DNA of 64,000 bases, from IMG/VR virus record IMGVR_UViG_3300030339_000018, one strand, 5' to 3'. The translations under genes and the position numbers were made by a program. This DNA comes from a virus (lineage: Duplodnaviria > Heunggongvirae > Uroviricota > Caudoviricetes). The stretch's first letter is position 1; every line of letters starts with the position of its first letter. This document shows, piece after piece, positions 54,401 through 64,000 of the stretch. The notes under the pieces were generated by a model, which was not told the origin of the DNA, ran no database searches, and saw only the letters and a program-made list of their open reading frames with translations.

Positions 54401-56689
54401 ATATTTAATAGAATTATATAATCTGACTCCTATTCTTGTTATAGTCTACCAGATAGTATCTTTTATAATTTAGAGTATATAGTATATAATTTTAATTTTT
54501 AATAACCGAAACAATTTACATAAGGATCATCATCAAAATCTTGAGTATTAAGATCATCTAATACATCACTTTCTTTTTTTAATTTCATACTTTTTATTCT
54601 TTAAAAGCTATAATTGTTCCATAAACTATCATTTTAACATTATCATATATAAAAGTAAAATGATTATTCTGAGAATGTACATCTATACATCCTTTCCATT
54701 CTCTAATAAGAAAATTACCATTATATAAACGAATACAATAAGTTGTATTATTTTTAGATGGTATATCATAAATTCCTCTATAAGAATTTGTAATTTCTGG
54801 AGAACAAGAAATCATAGAGATTAAAAATAATAAAATAATTAGTTTTTTCATATTGTTTTAAAGTTTAATTTAAAAAATTCAACGTTGCCAATGATCACAT
54901 CTAAACAGACATCACATAGTCCATCAAAATAATAATCATGACTTCCACATACAGGACATCTCATAATGTTTTTAATTTATTATATTTTAGTTTTATTTTT
55001 TCCTTCAATACAACATTCTACATTTAATACTTCTTTTATACAATTTCCATTATGGAAATGAGAAGGAATATCATTTGTTTTTATATAATATTTACATTTA
55101 GTACATTCTTTAGAACCAACTTTACAATTATAATACTTACATTTAATTTTTAATATATATTGATGATTAAAAAAGAATACATTGGTTCCTGGCCTTGTAT
55201 CTATCTCCATTTTAAAATCTATTTTATCTATTCTTCTATTCCTATATTTTTTAATAAGTAATATTTCTATAATATAATATATTAATAAAATAAATCCAAT
55301 AAAAGAAAGTACTGAAAATATAGCTCCATATTCATCTTGATATAGTCTTTTATTATTTACTTTAAGATATATTTTATTTAAAATATAAAATAACATCGGA
55401 TTTAGTATTAATGTAAATAATATATATATTAAAAATATTATAAATGCTATTTCTTCCATATTTATAGATTAATTTATTTTTTTTAGCACCCTTTTATCAA
55501 TAGGATTACCTTTCAATGGCATATGATAAATTAGGGTCATGCTGAGAACTCATTAGTATTGTTAGGATTTAATTTTAGACTGTGAAGTTTAACTATTTTC
55601 CTCGCTACTTTCTCTACAACTTTCTCAAGGTTGCAATACTTCTAGGATTACTCCATTACTTGATATATTGCAGATTTTACAGCAGCAATAAGTCATTCAT
55701 TTAAGCAGTTATATCCTGCATAATATCCTGTCTTCAGGATTAGTATCTTTATGTATTTGTAGGTCTAACCTACTATAGCAATTTCTATCAAAGCGTTAGC
55801 TCAAGTCTTCTACATACAAAGGTATTCAATGTTTAACCTTTAAATTATTAACCTGTTCTTCCAAGGTTAGCATTAACGACCACAGACCATAGTACACTTT
55901 GGATTCGTCAGTTAATAATTTATTTATTATGCAATTTGTGCTAAATATTTTTCATAAGTAGCAATACTTTTTTCTTCAGCTTCAGTTCTACGTTTAGCTT
56001 CTTCTTTTAAAGAAGTAATAGTTGATTCAACTTTTTCAACTTTGTACAATGCATTAGCAATAGCACCTTGCCATTCGCTTTTTACATAAGCAACACGTTC
56101 GTCACGACTAAGTTTTTCAACACTAATATTCAAAAATGCTTCTTCATAAGCCACTTGTGCATCACTAGCATATTCTGCTTGTGCTTCCAATTCTTCACTA
56201 AGATTAGTAGCTATTTTTGCAATATTTGCTTTAGCAACTGAAATAGCCTTAGTCCAAAGTTGTTTTGCTGTGTTTTGTACAGCAATTACATTAGCATCAT
56301 CACCACCTTTAACAAATGCAATAACACGTTCTACGAAAGATTTTTTTTCTTCACTCATTTTTTTTGTTTTTAAAAATTTAATTTATAATTCAATAATTGT
56401 TGGAAAATATTTTTCTATATCTACAATTTCAGATATAATAGGTTTTGGTAATAAAGTATTAGAAATAAAAGGGAGATATTTTAATAAAATATGTCTATTA
56501 TTTCTATTTAATGGGCATTCAGAACAACGTACACTTCCACATGTAATTAGAATATCTTCTACTAATATTTCATAATAACTACAAATAGATTTATCTGGGT
56601 TTTCTAAAGCTTTTTTAAGAGATTCTGAATTTTTAAAAAAATCTATAAAATTATTATTTTTTATAGCTGTATTAACATCTAAAAGCATT

Positions 56690-57871
56690 TTAATCAAAAT
56701 TAAGTTCTGTAACTTCAGGAAAATAATCTATAGTTTTTACTGGTGGATCCAATTGTAAAATATGATGTCCTAGTTTATACCCATCTGTTACAAATTTATC
56801 AGGTTGAAATAAACCCATATTTTGAGCAGTTTTTACAATTATATCTTTCATTGATAATTCACTACTAACTATTTCAGAACATGGATTTTTGGTTACTGAA
56901 GTATATAATTCAAATTCATGTGGACTTACAATAGTATATCTTCCATCTTTTTTAATATAATGATTAGTAGAATAATTAAGTTTATAAATTGTCCAAATTT
57001 CATTTATATAATATTCTACATCTTCATAACTTCCATTAGAAATAATTTTAACTTTATCTCCTACTTTATATTTTGTACAAATATTATTAATTTTTATTAA
57101 ATTTAATTCAGATTCAACAAATTCTTTAAAACCTTCACATTTAAGATAAATATTATCACAAGTACCACTAATAGCAAAACAAGATATACCTTCTTTGATA
57201 TCAAATTTAGTAATTACACGATTACTTGAAAATGAACTAGTAATAGATTTCCATTTATTACTATAAAAACAATTTGATTTATGAGCCCATTTAGTTAAAA
57301 TTTTATCCGAATATCCTATTCCTATTTTTAAATCATATACATTAGGTATATATAAAATAGTTACATCAAATGGTTTATTCACTTGATTATAATAATTTAT
57401 TTCTGCATCAGTTGCATATCGCCAATTACGTAAATTAGAACTTTTATCAGCTTTTAAACTTTTATTACCATTTTGTGTATTTCCTTCAAGATCAGTATAA
57501 GGATAAATACCTTCAGCTGTCATACGTATTTTAAAACAATAATTATTTTTAGCGCAATCACTATAATCCTCAATACTATCTAAAGTAACTATATAATCAT
57601 CCTTATAGAATAAATTTTCTGAAATTGGATTTAAAATTTCTTGTACAGTTATTTCTGTAAAAGAAGTACCATTTTTAGTTAAATAAAAATTAAATTCTTT
57701 ATCTTTTGTATCAACTAAATAAGAATATTCTTGTGTAAATTCAGTATAACTATATTCGAAAGATTTATTGTTTTCTCTTTTCCATCCTTTTTCATATAAT
57801 TTATTCCAAATTTTTGTAAATACTTCAAGAGTAATAGAAGGATTATATTTTAAATATCTATTTGTCAGCAT
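56690..57871 (-). CDS. hypothetical protein, paralog of 49045..50622
   Basis: N- and C-terminal conservation (...IDYFPEVTELNFD) with 49045..50622. Confidence 0.4.
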   Translation of the reverse strand: MLTNRYLKYNPSITLEVFTKIWNKLYEKGWKRENNKSFEYSYTEFTQEYSYLVDTKDKEFNFYLTKNGTSFTEITVQEILNPISENLFYKDDYIVTLDSIEDYSDCAKNNYCFKIRMTAEGIYPYTDLEGNTQNGNKSLKADKSSNLRNWRYATDAEINYYNQVNKPFDVTILYIPNVYDLKIGIGYSDKILTKWAHKSNCFYSNKWKSITSSFSSNRVITKFDIKEGISCFAISGTCDNIYLKCEGFKEFVESELNLIKINNICTKYKVGDKVKIISNGSYEDVEYYINEIWTIYKLNYSTNHYIKKDGRYTIVSPHEFELYTSVTKNPCSEIVSSELSMKDIIVKTAQNMGLFQPDKFVTDGYKLGHHILQLDPPVKTIDYFPEVTELNFD

Positions 57872-58357
57872 CTGTATCTTTTAGTTTATTATAATATTTA
57901 ACAAAATAATCAGAAATCTCTGAAATCTTCAATTTTTGATAGTATGATACTCTCCCATAATATTCAATAGTATGATCTCGATATACTAAAGCAATAAATC
58001 TATTTTGAAAATCAAAAATTTGAATACTACCATAAGAATCAAGAGTTATTGTAATTTGATGTTTTGGATTTGTTTTAAAATCATCATATATGTAAAATAT
58101 TACAAAAGCAAAAACTAACAAATAAAATATAAGATTATTACTAAAAAATAAAAAAAGTAAAGCTAGGAATATTAAATATACATATTTTTTCATATTTTTT
58201 TTGAATTTAATTGATTGTCTTTTACAGCTTAAACTTTAATCGACAGAGAGTACTTAACCTCATTCTTGCATTTTTAAATGCTACTGTCATTTTTCTAGAT
58301 TTAAATAACTAGCTGTTCTCAAGAACTTGAAAAGTTATTTGAGTTTTTTATTTTTTA

Positions 58358-59176
58358 CTATCGCATATTTACCATAGTACCGGCATTACCTAAAACAGTG
58401 GCAGAATTTACTCCATTCCATTTTTCAATTTTACGAAGTTCAACCAATTGAAGAGTTAATGAAGCAGAAACAGTACGATTATAATATGCTTCTCCATCTG
58501 CTTTAGCTCTTTTTATATTGGCTTTAGCGATTTCATCTGCTACCTGATTTTGTGTTTCTAATGCTTTCTGAGTCATTTTTACTTTATCATTCAATGATTT
58601 TTCAATCGAAGGTGGTATTCTAATAGCTCCAATTAAATTTAAATCATCAATAATTATACCAGTTGGTGCTAATTTATTTTTAATTATCATTTTAACAGAA
58701 TCAATTAATTTACCTTTACCAGCCCCATATACAGATTCAATAACCATAGATCCGGCAACACGATTCAAAGCATCTCTTATTTCTTTTCGGACAATTACAC
58801 CACGGATTTCTTCTTCACCTTTATGATATTTTTGAAACATTTCAGATATTTTATCAACTTCAAAATGCATAGATAATCCAAGATCAGCATAACAAATCAT
58901 ACCTTCATTAGTTTGAAAACTAAATTCTTCATTATCTTTACTACCTTCATTATTTTCTTTTGTATATATATAATTTACCTGGTAGGTAGGATATAAATAC
59001 AAATTTTCATTAGGGCCAATGAAATAACGACCAACACCTAAAACTTGAGATTGAACTCCTTTAGAACTACCTAAAAGATCAACTTTGACACCAACATAGC
59101 CAGCATCAACACGGGAACAAGAAGAAAGAGCTACTACTATAAATAGAAGCAAAGAAAAGATAAAACTTTTTTTCAT
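58358..59176 (-). CDS. SPFH/band-7 family lipoprotein
   Basis: Lipoprotein signal MKKSFIFSLLLFIVVALSSCS; SPFH-like central region and a coiled-coil C-terminus. Confidence 0.4.
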   Translation of the reverse strand: MKKSFIFSLLLFIVVALSSCSRVDAGYVGVKVDLLGSSKGVQSQVLGVGRYFIGPNENLYLYPTYQVNYIYTKENNEGSKDNEEFSFQTNEGMICYADLGLSMHFEVDKISEMFQKYHKGEEEIRGVIVRKEIRDALNRVAGSMVIESVYGAGKGKLIDSVKMIIKNKLAPTGIIIDDLNLIGAIRIPPSIEKSLNDKVKMTQKALETQNQVADEIAKANIKRAKADGEAYYNRTVSASLTLQLVELRKIEKWNGVNSATVLGNAGTMVNMR

Positions 59177-60812
59177 TTTTTTGTTTTTGTTTTGTTTATA
59201 AATAAGAAAGGTATTTTAAAAAGAGCTGCACCTAAAACAATGATAACACAAAGTCCTAAAAAGACAAGAAAATCACTATCAGAACTAATTAAAACTGGGA
59301 GAAGTAAGAAAATTGTAGCTAAATAAATTAGCAATAAAATAATAATTTTTAAATAAATTTTCATTTAAATGTTAAATAATTTTGTTGTTGTAATAACAAT
59401 GCATTGACTTTTTTATTAGCTAATTGTTGATGAAATAAAGCTAAATCAACCATAGTTGAATATTTTAATTTCATATAAGCATAATTAAGACGACAAGACA
59501 TATGATTTCCATAAGGAATTAACATAGTTTTTTTATACCACCATTTCTTATTTGAAAAAAATGTTTTATTGGGAAAATCTTTAGGACAAGCAAGTACATA
59601 ATACATTCTTATTCCAGAAACTTCCTCAATAAGAGAAACATTTTTTTCAAGGTTTTGAACATTAAATAATTTAGCCATTTTAACAAAATTGAATTTGACG
59701 ATTTTGTTTAAATTCTGCAATTTGAGAAGCTACATTGTTACTAAATGTATTTAATATTTTTGTACCACCACAAGTAATAAAATCATTATGACGTTTTTCA
59801 TATGCTTTTGCTTTTGTTACAATATTTATATTATGTTTAACAATTTCTTGTGATTCGTGAGAAACAATTTTTCCATTTGTTGATGAAAGAATTGGGATTT
59901 TTATTCTCTCAATTCTATTTCTCTGCATTTTTTTCTGATATTTTAAGATCTTCAATCATAGTTTTAATAATTATTATTCTAGTATTAAAATCATTTCTGT
60001 CCCACCAATAAGCTCTTTCAAAATCTGGTGTAAGAAGCATTTTTCTTTCACAAATTTCTTCAATATAATCTTTATTAAATAAAGGAAAAATTTTATTAAC
60101 AGTATAATAAAGAGTTACTGAATTATGTCGTATTTCTTGTACTAAATTTTTAAAAAAACATATACATAAACCATTATATTCTTTTTTTATTAAAAATTTT
60201 AAAACACTTTTAAGTACTTTCATTTCATAAGAACTAGATTTTGGATAAAATATTAATATTAAACAAATAATTATACAAAATCCAATAAATTCTATTAAAC
60301 AAAAAGGATTTGGATTTACATCAAAGCCTATTGCTATTGAACACATCATAATATGCAATATTATTAAAGCATAAATTATATTATTCCGAGAAAAGAGATT
60401 CTTCATTTTCTTTAAGTATTAAATAACGATCACCATACTGAGTTTCATTAACTTCTGCACCTATTAATAACTCTTGAGCCTTTTCAGAATCTTGAGTTAT
60501 TAATAGATCAGCAGTTTTTTCCATACAAACAATCATATATATTATTTTAAAAATGCGTTAACAATTTCATGATTAGCATTAGGACTAATATTGAGATTGA
60601 AACAGGTTTGATTCCGAGATTGTGTTTTCACACCACCAACTGTTTTATTAGTTGTATTAGTTGAAGATACAATAATTCCTTTTTTTTCAAATGATACTGA
60701 TTTAGAGTTACTTATAACTGTTAAATCTAAATTTTGAGCGGGAGTTTTTTTAATTAATTCCATAATGTTTTGAGTTTTTTTAAATGTTTTTATTTGTAGT
60801 TTATATATTAAA

Positions 60813-61373
60813 TCAATTAGTATCATTTGGATAATGTATTTCTTTATGGCAATTTGAACACACAAGAATACATTTATTCATTTCTAATAATAATCTATCT
60901 AAATTCGTAGTTTTAGCATTACCTAATGAAAATTCTTTTTCTTTAGGATCTATATGATGAAATTCTAAAGCGGCTATACATTTATTGTAACCACAAATAG
61001 AACATTTATTTCCAAATTTACTTAATATTTCTATTTTACGACGTTTTAGTAAAGAATGTTGTTCTTTATAATTGCATTTTTTACAATAAGATGTTAATGC
61101 CTCATTCTTTCTGATATAAAAATCCTCTACTGGTAATATATTATGACATTTACCACACTCTTTTGTTCCGGCAATAATTGGAGTTTTAGGTTTATTTTGT
61201 ATACTTTTATGATCAGAATGTAAATCATATTTATTCATATGATATCTAATACCTGCACCAGTATATCCTAATTGTTTACCAACTTCATTTGTACTAAATC
61301 CTTGATTTAATAATTCTTCTAATAATTCTTTTGTTATTTTTTTCTTTTCCATATAATTTTTTTTACTACACAA
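60813..61373 (-). CDS. HNH endonuclease with N-terminal HTH
   Basis: ...CSICGYNKCIAALEFHHIDPKEKEF...NLDRLLLEMNKCILVCSNCHKEIH HNH motif. TAcCTTTG promoter-like motif at about 61365-61381. Confidence 0.5.
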   Translation of the reverse strand: MCSKKNYMEKKKITKELLEELLNQGFSTNEVGKQLGYTGAGIRYHMNKYDLHSDHKSIQNKPKTPIIAGTKECGKCHNILPVEDFYIRKNEALTSYCKKCNYKEQHSLLKRRKIEILSKFGNKCSICGYNKCIAALEFHHIDPKEKEFSLGNAKTTNLDRLLLEMNKCILVCSNCHKEIHYPNDTN

Positions 61374-61573
61374 AGGTAATAAAAAATTCTTATTGAAAAG
61401 TATGAAAAGTAAAACTTCTCAAAAATAAATAATAACGTGAAAAGAATACAAAAATATATACTTTAAGAATCAATTTATAAAAAATATCATCTTAAAATAT
61501 ATATAGAATCTCGCTAACTTGGAAAGTTATTTGAGTTATTTTTTAAATTAATATTTATAATTACAATGATATA

Positions 61574-62083
61574 TCATATTGTAAAAGTTTGATTTTTTGT
61601 AATTTTAGATTCTACATTACCTTTATATAGTTGAAGAGAATCACTTATAATAATTGAAGGTATTCTTATTAAAGTATATAATGGCACATTTTCAGTTACT
61701 AATAAACAATCAAAATTTAATTCTTTTTCTTTTATTACTTTTGAAATTATATTAATAGTTTTACCTGAACAAATAAAATCATCTACTATAATATTTATTC
61801 CATCAGAAATATAATAAATATAAGAACCATGATGATTTTCTTCACCATCTTTTTTAACATGGCAAATTGTAGTGTTATATTGTTTTTTAATTAATTTACT
61901 AGCAATAATAGCAGCAATAATAGCACCAGAAGAACCACGACACCAAAGATTAATTCTTATTTTTTTTGAATAAAGTTTTGATAATTTAATAGCCATATTA
62001 TTAATAGTAACTAAATTATCTGAAATATGCTCAGCAACTGGATAATCTATACCCCCTTCAAATGAATAAAATTTAATTTCCAT
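61574..62083 (-). CDS. type I phosphoribosyltransferase-domain protein
   Basis: INIIVDDFICSGKTIN PRPP-binding motif. Confidence 0.45.
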   Translation of the reverse strand: MEIKFYSFEGGIDYPVAEHISDNLVTINNMAIKLSKLYSKKIRINLWCRGSSGAIIAAIIASKLIKKQYNTTICHVKKDGEENHHGSYIYYISDGINIIVDDFICSGKTINIISKVIKEKELNFDCLLVTENVPLYTLIRIPSIIISDSLQLYKGNVESKITKNQTFTI

Positions 62084-62437
62084 ATATTTTTTTAATTTAA
62101 TAATGCTTTATATTCTTCTATCATATTAATTTAAAAAATAATGAGTAAAACTTATTTCTAAGAAACCTCATTGCTCAATTACTTGTGAAGTTATTAAGTT
62201 TTTTATTTTGTATAATTTATTTTATCTAACGACAACGTTTATACACGTGACGACTGCCTTTTTTATATACCGTATGAGTTAACGGTTTATTAAATCTACT
62301 AAAGACTGATTTTTACTCAATGCATCTTATAGGCAATACACAATCCTGTTTGCTCAAGAGGAGAATTGCAGTAGATTTATATTTTAATAGGTAAGAATTC
62401 AGTAAATCAATTTACCAACATCTAATTTTGTATCCTA

Positions 62438-62650
62438 TTAAATCCGGGTTTTCAGAATATCAAGTTCACGTTGAATGCGCACACGATCTGAATCAGTTAA
62501 CGAAATTGGTTTTGTAGTATTAACACCCATCTTTTTAGATGGATTTTTTACTCCGGATTTTAATTGGGCATTTAATCTTTCGATAACACCCTTACGACGA
62601 GATTTTGTTGCTATAAGCAACGAGTGATTAACTCCATTCTTTTTAGTCAT
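62438..62650 (-). CDS. small basic protein (70 aa) of unknown function, set in about 650 nt of non-coding sequence
   Basis: MTKKNGVNHSLLIATKSRRKGVIERLNAQLKSG...; K/R-rich; no reliable family match. Confidence 0.3.
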   Translation of the reverse strand: MTKKNGVNHSLLIATKSRRKGVIERLNAQLKSGVKNPSKKMGVNTTKPISLTDSDRVRIQRELDILKTRI

Positions 62651-64000
62651 GAGAACTTCTTTGTTAATGATTTATATTAAAAAGCTTTAATGCTCCTAAG
62701 CACCTTTACAGATTTCTGAGTCTGTGCCTTTATTGTTTAAAAATTGTTAACACTTTCCAAAGGTGTTAAAGTTATTATATGGGCATGACTCCTTAACCAC
62801 CCGAAGGCTTATAAGGTCACCAGCCAGCATTTAGAAATTGGCATACATAACTCTAAGATTTGATTTATGGAATTAATATATTAATACCAACCTCACCAAC
62901 AAGGTCTTTGGTTCTTTACAGTATTACTACAGAATCAAATTTTAAACTTAGCAATTCTTATTTATTAAATAACAATTTCGTGTCAGCAGACACAAATCCT
63001 TCCTTATATTCCAATAGTGGAAGATGCAGGAAATGATTATAGATAACGCCAGGAAATGTAGTCAAGAGCAAATTATGATTTTTTGCTATATCTTGTTTTT
63101 TATTTTCTATGGCACTATTTTCGGCAAACCGGGCAGTTATGAATGTACTAAGCTCTTTATAAAATACAGTAAATTCCTCATATGGAATATTCTGATTTTC
63201 ATGAGACCATTTCCAGGCAACATTAGGACCATCAGTTCTTGCTGACATTATAATACTAGTAACAGTAAGAAATGTTTCTTTATTTAAGTTTGTGATTGTG
63301 GTTTTTTCCTTAAATGCAAGATAATAATTGTCGTAAGTTGTAACCTGATTCTGTTCCAAAGCTTTATACTCCAATTTGTAACCGGTTGATTGGTTATACA
63401 CTCCAGTAAAACTGGTATAAAGAGACGCGATGCTGGAATATATAATTCCAACTACAAATAAGAGAATAAATATCTTAAATGTAAAAGGCATTTTAAATGT
63501 TTTCATATTATTCTCCGGATTTTCTTTCGATTAAAATTAAATTCTTGTTTTCAGTGGAATGTCCGATATATTTATCATTACTATTCCTGTTATTGAATAA
63601 ATCTCTTACATCAGTATAACTATCCACATTTCTACTAGATTTAATAGGTGTTTCACCTGTCATAAATTGTTTCTTTATATCTTCTTTAAGATATTGAAAA
63701 TACATAGTAGTTATTAAAGAAACTTCGGCAATAAAAATAAAAATTCTTATAGTAATGGCCCAACCATCATTAGATTTGATAAAATTCCACATTGCAATTG
63801 GATCAAAAAACCCAACAAGTAACATTGTTAATACACCAAAAGTCGGAAGAAACATAAAGCCCATAGCTTTACTTAAAATTTTGAAATTCATTTGTTTTAA
63901 ATTGTTTTGAGTTAAATAGTTATTAATAAATATACGTAAATCATTAAATAGTAAAAAGAATGTTAATGGAAAAAACGTTACTACTATAAATTTACTATAT

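Noticed and set aside
62438-62650. Phage-encoded ribosomal protein (bS21/bL34) hypothesis for the 70-aa basic ORF
   Set aside because: No match to the conserved bS21 (…RRFKR…) or bL34 (…HGFRxRM…) cores; composition alone is not evidence.

Overview
This is a 64 kb, about 29% GC window in which almost all credible genes lie on the minus strand. It reads as part of a large virulent phage, not a bacterial chromosome. A TAnnTTTG (Bacteroidota -7 type) motif recurs about 20-40 nt upstream of at least nine genes on the minus strand (TAcCTTTG, TAtCTTTG), which points to a Bacteroidota host; this is an inference. From low to high coordinates the window holds: (1) a replication module with a TOPRIM primase, a DnaB-like helicase, a RecA-like ATPase, an SF2 helicase split by a group I intron carrying a GIY-YIG homing endonuclease gene, a freestanding HNH, and a compact family B DNA polymerase; (2) a nucleotide-metabolism and RNA-repair block with a P-loop polynucleotide kinase, an Rnl2-like RNA ligase, ThyX, and two calcineurin-like phosphoesterases; (3) structural genes (a tail-fibre-like gene and a Gly-rich protein) carrying in-frame TGA codons; (4) an NAD+/ADP-ribose module with NAMPT, an NMNAT-Nudix fusion, a macro domain and a NADAR domain; (5) a roughly 7 kb island of about 22 minus-strand tRNA genes interleaved with at least five HNH-type or related homing endonuclease genes, followed by a minimal CCA-adding enzyme; (6) a tmRNA-like gene of about 417 nt with G3.U70 and a tag ORF ending YAVAA; (7) paralogous large proteins, membrane proteins including an SPFH protein, a PRTase, and a small basic protein set in non-coding islands. 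The strongest signal is sense use of TGA: five independent in-frame TGAs restore contiguous domains (a tail fibre, a Gly-rich protein and an HNH motif among them). Yet the in-window tRNA-Trp has anticodon CCA and no UCA-anticodon tRNA is present. All coordinates for RNA genes are hand-derived and approximate to within about 3 nt.
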